From contig NC_068996.1 in NCBI RefSeq assembly GCF_001194135.2, forward strand, positions 49,545,825-49,593,159: a DNA stretch of 47,335 bases, read 5' to 3'. Positions 35,973 to 46,843 of this stretch are shown here, in pieces (the first letter of the stretch is position 1; each line of letters starts with the position of its first letter). The notes under the pieces were generated by a model. That model saw only the letters and a list, made by a program, of their open reading frames with translations, searched no databases and was not told where the DNA came from. This stretch comes from Octopus bimaculoides (Eukaryota). The position numbers and the translations under genes were made by a program.

Positions 35973-37325
35973 CGTTAGCAGCATTTCATCTGTCTGCACG
36001 TTCTGAGTTCAAGTTCCGCCAATGTTCCTTTCATCCTTTTGGGGGTCAATAAAATAAAGTGCCAATTGAATACTAGGGTTGATGTAATCAGCTATTCCCC
36101 TCCCCTAAAATTTCAGACTTTGTGCTTATAGTAGAAAGGATATATTATTATTATTATCATCATCATCATCATCATTGGCAGAATCATTAGCGTGCCAGCC
36201 AAAATGCTTAGCAGTATTTCGTCTGTCGCTACATTCTGAGTTCAAATTCCACCAAGGTCGACTTTGCCTTTCATCCTTTTGGGGTCGATAAATTAAGTAT
36301 CAGTGAAACACTGGGGTTAATGTAATCAGCTAGTCCCCTCCCACAAAATTGCGGGCCTTGTGCCTACACCAGAAAGGATTTGAGAGAAATTTAGCTCTTA
36401 TTTATAGAAGGTCAAGTAATCACATTGAAGAGCTCACGTTGCTTGACAGATGGTTGGTTAAACAGTAGTGAGGGCCTCCAGCTGTGAACATTTTTATATC
36501 AGCTGTTTACATTCCCCGACTTTGCTTATAAAATCGTTAATTACAAGTTCTATTGTTTTAGCTTTAAATTGTAATTATAAAATGTGTCATTTATATGCAA
36601 AAATTGAATATACTGAAAATCTTTGGTTTCTTTTTTTTCTTTTTTTTTTCTCTCAGAATGCACTGCTAATGTTGATGGGAGATGTTCCTAAACTGCCAAA
36701 GAACCATCCTCTAATGTCATTTACATATCAAGGTAAGCATTCATGAAATGTGTGTTGTATGCATATTTTTTTAAAAGTTTATATACCATGTTTTCTGAAC
36801 AGTAACATCGTTACTTACTTTTTTTATGAGCCAGTCACTGACCCAATACATTTCTAATGGCAAAAATGACAAGGCCATATCCAAACCAGGGCTGCCTGAC
36901 TGGCTCCCATGCTGGTGGCACGTAAAAAGCACCCACTACACTCTCGGAGTGGTTGGCATTAGGAAGAGCATCCAGCTGTAGAAACATTGCCAAATCAGAT
37001 TGGAACCTGGTGCAGCCGCTGACTTTCCAGACCTCACTCAAACCATCCAACCCATGCCAGCATGGAAAACAGATGTTAAACGATGATGATGATGTTTTAT
37101 ATTCGAATTGGCCTGATCCAACCTCTCATCTTTGCCCCACAATGTCATTCTAAAAGTAAACAATCACATCATTGACATTTCAGTGTCACACACTAATGCA
37201 TGATTAATTCAAATCAATATGAATAAATAAACATTACATTTGACTGAGTGATCTGAACAGTAAAGGGTTGAGACTCTTCAATTAAGGAGCCTTGTGCTGC
37301 TGACTCAGAAGATACCAATCTTTTT

Positions 37326-37366
<41 letters not shown>

Positions 37367-40300
37367 GGTGTTGAGATTGAATGGATAAATAACAGTTAGC
37401 ATAGAAGAGAAATGGTGTGGAAGAGAGCAATATGGCAGCTCGTGAATGAAATGGGAGCGGGTGGAAGTTGGTGGGTGAAGGAGAGATGTGACCTTTATTG
37501 TATATATATTTATTAATGAAAGAGAGTGTAATTAAGTTTGAATCATCATCATTGTCTGACATCCATGTTCCATGATGGTATGGGTTGAACGGTTTGACAG
37601 GATCCGATGTCCAAAGAATGCATCAAGCTGCAGTGTCTGCTTTGGCATGGTTTCTATGACCGGATGCCCTTCCTAATTGCTAAATCCACAGCATGGACTA
37701 AAATCTGTTAGAGAAAGAAACAATGGTATACAAAAAGAAGGGAGAAAGAGAGAGAGATGCAAACATGAGAAAAAGAGTAGTTTAATAAAAAATAAAAAAA
37801 ACTCTTTCGTAAAAAAAATTGGGAGGGAGAGTTTTAAAAAATCTATATATTCATCCAAGATTCTTTTTGTTTTTCCACTTTAGAGAATGACGACTGGACA
37901 ACAGAAGAAATTGAGGCTTACAATGCAGCGTTGATGAAATGTGACAAAGACTTCTTCAACATCGCAAAAGTGGTAAGGTTGATTTGTCTATTTTAATAAA
38001 ACTTCAGCACTGTTGTTACTGTTGTTGTTATTGCTTAGTGGCATTTATTCTTGTTTTACATCCTGAGTTCAAATTACACCAAGGGCAACTTTACTTTCAT
38101 CCTTTCAGGGTCAGTAAAATATGTACAAGTCAAGCACTTGGGTCATCGTAATTGACTGGCCATCTGCCAAAATTGTAGGCCTTGTGCCTTTAGTAGAAAT
38201 AATTATTACCTCTGCCTTAGCGAAGGCAGAGGTATTGTTTTCAATCGTGTTTGTTTGTTTGTTTGTTTGTCCATGGACAAGATGTCTCAATAACTGCTGG
38301 ATGGATTCAGATGAAACTTTCAGGGATGTTTGGCCTCGTGACTGCTACGAACTGATTAGATTTTGGGATCGATCCAGTACCAGACAAGGATTCTGGATTA
38401 TTTCTCCTGCAGTTGCCTTACCAGAAATACAGCATCAGTCATGCTTCTGCCTGGCACAAAACTGAACTGCATCTCATCTAGGCTAACTCTCTCCCTAATT
38501 AGTTGGGCTATGACCCTCTCTGTAACTTTCATCACTTGATCCAATAATTTGATACCCTTGTAGTTATTTCTATCTAAAGCATCACCTTTACCCTTGTAGC
38601 AGTTAACTAATGTGCTGCTACACCAGTCCTTGGGTATGACTCATTCGTGAACCACCTGATTTACGATGCGGGTAACCCACACTGCCCGATATTTTAAGCA
38701 TCCCAGCAGTGATTCCTGATGGGTCGGGTACTTTCCCTGTCTTCATATCCTTAATTGCTTTATCTACCTAAGTACTGTCAATTCGGATAGCTGGTCCCTC
38801 AATTGGGTCAACCTTTGGCAGACACTCCTCTTCCCATTCATTCTCCACATTCAGCAGTCTTTCATAATGGCTTCTCATTTTAAAAATCATCTCTGGATAA
38901 TCGTTGAGAGGACATTGGTGTTGCCTTGGCGGAGGTCTGCACTCTCTGAGTGCTCTTGTTAGTAGTGATATCATGTCTCGTTTAATGTTACCTTTGCTAA
39001 AGATGAATGCATTTTATTTTTCAGGTGAAGTCGAAGTCTGTGAAGCAATGCATTCAGTTCTATTATTTGTGGAAGAAAGTTTGTCCGGATGAATATAAAA
39101 GGCTCCGAACAATTCGTCGTAAAAAGGAAAGTGAAGCTATATACCGTCTAAGAAACCAGCAGCGTGAGGAATCCAATACCGAAGTCCCAGATTTTAAGAG
39201 CAATCTAAAAGAAACAGTTGAAAGAACAACTGTAAGTTTATGACATTTAGTTTTGTTGTTATTGGTTTTTTTTTTTTCCTTTTCCCCCAAGGAAGAATGC
39301 ATTGAAGAATATTATTTCAGGATGGTAGATTGGTAGATGGTTCATACAGTATTTAAGTTACTTTAATTTAGTTGCATTAACCTTTTATCTATTTTGAAAT
39401 TGCACCAAGTTCAGTGTTGTTTTTTTCATGCTTCCCAGTGGTAGCAGTTGCTGTTGTTGTTGTTGTTATTTAATTCTAGTTTAACCCTTTAGCATTCAAA
39501 CCGGCCATATCCAGCCAAAATATTCTACCTGTTTTAAGTTCAAAATGGCCAGATCCTACCTCTCACACCTATCCTACAATGTCATTCTAAAAATAAACAG
39601 TCTCATCATCAAAATCTCAAAGATACAAAAATAATGCATGATTAATTCAAAACAACATGAATAGATAAGCATTACATTTGACAGTGTAATATGAATGCCA
39701 AGGGGTTAAGGCAGGAAGCTGGCATAATTGTTAGGACAACGGGCAAAATGCTTAGCAACATTTTGCCCATCTTTACATTCTGAGTTCAAATTCCACCAAA
39801 GCCAGCTTTGCCTTGCATTCTTGTGGGGTCAATAAAATAAGTACCAGTTGAATACTGGGGTTGATGTAATTGACTTAACCCTTCCCCTGAAACTGTGCCA
39901 AAATTTGAAACCATTATTTAATTCTAAGTTAAAGGTGGCAAGAGCTCAGATTCATTAGAGTGCCAGAGAAAATGCTTTGCAAAATTCTGAGTTCAAATGC
40001 TGCCACGGTCAACTTTGTCTTTAATTTTTGGTGGGGATTGATAAAATAAAGAACCATTCAAATATTAGGGTCTGTATAATTGATTATCATCCCTCCCCAC
40101 TTATTTCAAGTCTTGTTCTTATATTAGAAAGAATTATTTAACCAAAAATAAGCCCTGGTTGAGCAAACCTGTGATCAAAGACATTTTAATCATTAAACAC
40201 TTTTTTTCTTCCGTACATAGTATACATTCCCCACCAGATTACCTTAGCTTTTTTAAGATGAGAGCGTGTAATTTGAGGGGAATTTAGCCATGAACTATGG

Positions 40301-43013
40301 AAGTAAGATGTGTTTTGGCTTGGTTTCTACAGCTGGATGCTCTTCCTAATGCCATCCACTTTACAGAGTGTAGTGGGTGCTTTTTACGTGGCACAAACAA
40401 TGGTGAAGGTGTGGCTATGTGGTAAGAAGCTTGCTTCCCAACCACATGGCACCTTGGGCAAGTATCTTCTACAATAGCCTTGGGGTGACCAAAGCCTTGT
40501 GAGTGGATTTGGTAGACGGAAACTGAAAGAAGCCTGTTGAATACATACATAAGTAAGTATCTTGAGAGAAAAGCTGAACATTAGAAGCATCAGTTGTGGC
40601 GTGCAAGAGAGACGATTGCGCTGGTATGGACATGTGGTGAGAATGGAGGAGGATAGCTGCGTGAAAAAGTGCCACACCCTAACAGTTGAGGGAACCCGTG
40701 GAAGAGGTAGGCCCAGGAAGACCTGGGCTGAGGTGGTGAGGCAAGACCTTCGTACATTGGGCCTCNNNNNNNNNNNNNNNNNNNNNNNNNNNNNNNNNNN
40801 NNNNNNNNNNNNNNNNNNNNNNNNNNNNNNNNNNNNNNNNNNNNNNNNNNNNNNNNNNNNNNNNNNNNNNNNNNNNNNNNNNNNNNNNNNNNNNNNNNNN
40901 NNNNNNNNNNNNNNNNNNNNNNNNNNNNNNNNNNNNNNNNNNNNNNNNNNNNNNNNNNNNNNNNNNNNNNNNNNNNNNNNNNNNNNNNNNNNNNNNNNNN
41001 NNNNNNNNNNNNNNNNNNNNNNNNNNNNNNNNNNNNNNNNNNNNNNNNNNNNNNNNNNNNNNNNNNNNNNNNNNNNNNNNNNNNNNNNNNNNNNNNNNNN
41101 NNNNNNNNNNNCTCTGCCAAATCAGACTGGAGCCTGGTGTTGCCATCCGGTTTCACCAGTCCTCAGTCAAATCGTCCAACCCATGCTAGCATGGAAAGCG
41201 GACGTTAAACGATGATGATGATGATGATGATGATATATATTATAGGTTCAGGTGAATATGGTACTTAAGTTTAGGCACCAGAATTTAGTATGGTATTATC
41301 CATACAGTTTCAAAATAAGCAACAAGGATATCCAAAAGTAATGCAGTACGATTGTTTCATGCAACTCCATTTATTTAAGCAATGTAAACATTACATCAAA
41401 TATAAAATGTAGAGCAATCTTTAGCTGCACAAAGATATAGAAATTTAATGAAATTACATTTAAACAGAAGGACATATTTTTATAATTAAATCTAAACTCT
41501 CCAAGTAGAAAGGAAGAATACAAAAAAAACCATTCTGACTTAGCCAGACCATACAGGCTAGTAAATAATTCTAAGCAGATTTTAACTGTCACTGATTTTA
41601 TTTGTTTTTTTGGTTCTGATTTATGGACTATCTTATCAAACCTAGAGATTTAAAGCTTAAGAGGACATTGGGATTTTCTTTTTAGGGTAAGGGGTAAACA
41701 TGGATGATATAGTTATAAAATTTCTTAGGGTTTGGTGACAAACTACTATGGGGGTGGGGATTCTCTACTAGCAAACCAGTTTATAATGAAACAGGGGAAG
41801 TCTTATCGAATAGCATATACATTTGACCTAGCTTGACTGGCTCCTGTGCTGGTGGCATGTAAAAAACATCACTTGAGCATGGTCATTGCCAGCACGTAAA
41901 AAGCACCATTTGAGCATGGCCGATGCCAGTACCACCTGACTGGTCAAACCGTCCAACCTACCCAGCATGGAAAGCGAACATTAAACGATGATAATGATGA
42001 TGATGATGACATCATCAAAATCTTGAAGCTACAAGATAATACAAGATTAACTCCACAACAATGTGAATAAATAAACATTGTCTTTGACAGAATAATCTGA
42101 ATTCTAAACGGCTAAATGCAGATTTGAGAAATAAGGATAAGATGTGGAATATGGTCTCTTAATGAAATCAAGATATAGGTGAAGCATTGTAGAAGAGAAG
42201 TCAAATGGATTATGTTTACTGAGAAAATTATTTTTATTTTAAAATAATTTTTATTTTTTATTTTTATATCATGTATTTCATGTTCAATAATACTGTTGAT
42301 TACAAGTTTCCAACAGACTTATCTCAGGTTTATGATATACCATATTTTAACTTGTATAAGGAACCCCCTAATTTTGGGGGCTTAAAATTTTTAAAAAAGG
42401 TTTTGTAAGGGATTATAATACTATCCATGTATAAGAAACTCCCATATTTTTTAAACCTAATTTTTGACAAAAAAAGGGTTCCTTATACATGTTAAAATAC
42501 GGTATTCCTGATGATGAGGCGGAAATGGGATTGTCTGTAATTCATTGCGAAACAAATATCTCAGAGAGGCTTCATTCTTAAAACGTTTTTGATCAGTTCC
42601 CTTGCTGATGTTTACATTGGTCACACACACTTCAGCACTAACATGCCAAATGGCACTCACACACAATGTATTCATCAAACATGAGACCGTGTAGAAATCT
42701 GACACTCACCTAATGAGAACTCAGACAAAAGATTGAACTAAGAACTCTATAGTTGAGAGGAGGATTTTCTAACTATACAATGTAGTACTTTGCTGAGATA
42801 CCTTATACCATGTTATTTATTTGGGTCTTTCTTTTCCCTCCCACAGGAGAATTTTGAAATGGAGAATAAAAACCAAATAAACTCTTCATTTCGTTGCGAT
42901 TATCCTGATTGCAGTCTTGTGAGTATCTTAACATCTTCATGTATAATTAGCAATCAATTGCTTCGCTTCTACTTTGATTTTATGCGCATGTAATATGTGT
43001 GTGTATGTATGTA

Positions 43014-43050
<37 letters not shown>

Positions 43051-46000
43051 NNNNNNNNNNNNNNNNNNNNNNNNNNNNNNNNNNNNNNNNNNNNNNNNNN
43101 NNNNNNNNNNNNNNNNNNNNNNNNNNNNNNNNNNNNNNNNNNNNNNNNNNNNNNNNNNNNNNNNNNNNNNNNNNNNNGACAAAGGAAGGTGGCCACTGAA
43201 AGACTGAATAATATAAAACAAAAATAACTTTTACAAACACATGGGGTTTTTTTTTTGGTTTTTTTGGATGGAAACCTTTTTAAATCTAGTTTCAGACACT
43301 TTGGTCAAAATTGTGGTGGATATAGGGGGATTCCAGTGTTTCAGTTTATTTCACCTTTATAGTACACTTGTTCTGTTGTGCATTAAATTCAACTGATAAT
43401 CTAGTGATGGGCACAATTCTTCTATATCAAAATTTTGTTGCATACCCAATTGAATTTTAGCTGATGATTCATTTTCTATGGTGATGTTTAAACAAAATTT
43501 TAATATTTTTATCTTTTGCTCAGTTTACCTGTATTTACCTGTAATTAGAGTCACTCTGAAACAAAAGTTATGCAATAGAATTAAGAACCCTTTCCTTAAT
43601 TATGTTCCAAATATCACATTAATATATTGATAAGTAAAAAAGTTACAGTTGTTTAATGAAACTAGTCTAAATTCATGATTATTTTAGAATTTAATTGAAA
43701 CTCATGAGGGGTGTATTTTGGTCAGAAATATAGTAACGAAAGGGTCAAGCAACACTAATAATAAATTAAAAACATCATAAAAATAAACAAGCTTTTTACG
43801 GTTTTATAGACATTTCAAAATTATGATGCTAGGTGTTTCCATTATTTTGTCCAACCTCTGTATATATATATATATATATATATACATACACAGATTGTTG
43901 TGGTTGAGTAGCTAATGAGAATGGCTCAGATCATGTTTGATATTAACAACAGAATCAAGATTAGCTGTAAATTTACTGTGATACATTTCCTTTTGTGTGA
44001 ATGTGTGTGTACGTTAAGTAAACCCAGAATTTAATTAGTAGTGTATTATAAGTATTATTATTATAAGCTTTGCATTTGTAATTAAACTTTTACCAATTTT
44101 AAAATAATGATGATGATAATAATAATAATAATAATAATAATAATCCCTTTTACATTTAAACAAATAATTGGTTTATTTGTAGATGTTAAACAAAAATGTG
44201 TATTTTTCAGATATTCAACTCTAGACAGGTTTTAAATAACCACATGAGAATTCATGGAAAAACTGTGAGTAGCAACTCTACAAGAGTAGAATCAGTGATG
44301 ACATCCACCACGTCGTCACAACATACAACAGCAAACAGTGCAACAACCAATTCTGCTCCAACACAAACTGTTCCGGTCATTGATTATCCTTGTAAACTGT
44401 GTGGAAAGTAAGTGATTTACTCTTTACTCTTTTATTTGTTTCAGTCATTTGACTCCGGCCATGCTGGAGCACCGCCTTTAGTTGAGCAAATCGACCCCAG
44501 GACTTATTCTTTGGAAACCTAGTACTTATTCTATCGGTCTCTTTTGCAGAACTGCTAAGTTACGGGGACGCAAACACACCAGCATCGGTTGTCAAACATA
44601 TACACACATACATATATATATACGACGGGCTTCTTTCAGTTTCCATCTACCAAATCCACTCAAAAGGCTTTGGTCAGCCCAAGGCTATAGTAGAAGACAC
44701 TTGCCTAAGGTGCCACACAGTGGGACTGAACCCGGAACCATGTGGTTGGGAAGCAAGCTACTTACCACACAGCCACTCCTGCACCTTGTTGAAATAAATA
44801 GTAAAACCTTGTGGTGTTTCATGTGAAGGTGCATGACTTTGTGGTTAGGGTATTCAGCTCACAGTCATAAGGTCATGAGTTCAATTCTGGGCAATGCGTT
44901 GTGTCCTTGAGCAAGACACTTTATTCCATGTTGCTTCAGTTCAGTCAGCTGGCATAAATGAGACACTGACTTCATATTCATAAATGTAACGTAAAAGTAC
45001 TTGCAACTTTTAACCACAAAATTGTGAGTTCACATTCCCTAAATTACTTCAGTCTGCTGTGTAATCAGCAGACTGATTACCTAAATGAATGCCTAAACCA
45101 TTTCCCAGTAAAAAGACATCAACATCATCATCTCGTTATTGTTGTTGTTCTTTAGCCACTTTAATTAAAAAGCATTCCAGTTGAGAACATTTTTCTCTCC
45201 CAATTAATGTAATTAATGTATCTACATAGAGGCTTCCTCTGTGTAACTTGTGGTGATGGTGCTTCTGTATTGTAACTCCCTTCCTACATTATCATCATCA
45301 TCATCATTTAACGTCTGCTTTCCATGCTAACATGGATTGGACGATTTGACCAGTCACACAGTACTGGCAACAGCCACGCTCAAAAGGTGTTTTTTATGTG
45401 CCACCTGCACGGGAGCCAGTCCAGCAAAACTGGCAACGACCTCGCTCGAATGATTTTCTAACGTGCCACCAGCACAAGTGCTAGAAGGCAACGCTGGTAA
45501 CGATTACACTCAAATGGTGCTATTTACGGGCCACTAGCACGGAAGCCAGACAGCTGCTCTGGCAATGAACACGCTCAACAGTGCTGTTAGTGCTCCACTG
45601 GCGCGGTGACCAGTCATCGAGTATGGTTCAATTTCGATTTCACTTGCCCCAACAGGTATTGGACACTAAACATTATCTTATTAACTTAAATATTTTTTTG
45701 AAGTTTGGTCTAGAAGAAGGGCCTGCATCCATCACCTTCTCAGACTCTCCAAGATCAGTGAGTGGTTAGATTGAAATTCAATGGTGTCGGGCACCATTTA
45801 ACGTCCATTTTCCATGCTGGCAATGATTAAACAGTTTGACTGGCTGGCAAGCTGTGGACAGCTGCACCAGGTTCCAATTATCTGTTTTGGTATGGTTTCT
45901 ACAGCCAGACGCTCTTCCTGATACCAACCACTTTACAGAGTGTACTCGGTGCTTTTTCATGTGGCACCATCACAGGTGCTTTTTGTGTGACATCAGCACA

Positions 46001-46799
46001 AATGCTTTTTACATGGCACTAGCACAGGTGCTTTTCACACTCTGGTATTGAGTATAACGTTGTTTGTATTCTAATCCCAACATACAACACTTGCTAAGAT
46101 TTATAAAACTATATCCTCAGAGTTAATAGGAAAAAGGGATCTATTTTAAAACGGGGGCCACATTTTTCATTAATGTTTTACGTAGTGTTTTTGGTACGGA
46201 AAGACTTTCAAACTTCGTATACTTATCTATTTTGTGTTATAGAACAGAAAAATATTTTTGTATTCGAATTTATTTCATGTAAAAAATTGTCTTATTTCGA
46301 TAATTTCAACCAATCACTGACAAGTATTCAGTTGTTTACATTTACTCCTTTGGCTGATTAAGCGATGTAAAGCGTATTTAATCTCCATACCTTCGTTTTA
46401 TTTGCTTTTTTCATTTTAAATTTGCTTTAACCCTAACCCTAACGTTAGGGTTAATTGTTTCAGAATCGTTTGTTTATGTAGTCGGCACTTAATGTATATC
46501 GGCTGAATGGACGTCAGTGATTGGTTGAAATTACAGAAATACGACAACTTTCACATGGAATAACTTATGGATTTCTTTTTTTTTTAAGAAGACTAAGAGA
46601 AAAAAGATGTTTTATATGACACATTCTACCAGTGTTCCAAGTTTCAAAGTGTTTCGTTAATGAAAAATGTGGCCCCCGTTTTAAAAAAGATCCGGAAAAA
46701 GTATTTATGTAGTCAATCAGATGTATCTTCTCCTGTTTGAACCTTTGAAATGTAAAATGTTCATGTCCTGTCCAATGAAACTGTAATAATATATGCCCT

Positions 46800-46843
<44 letters not shown>

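Noticed and set aside
42508-42560. CTGATGA ... CGAAAC, a possible hammerhead
   Set aside because: Stem II closing pair and stem III cannot form and there is no matching stem I; likely chance
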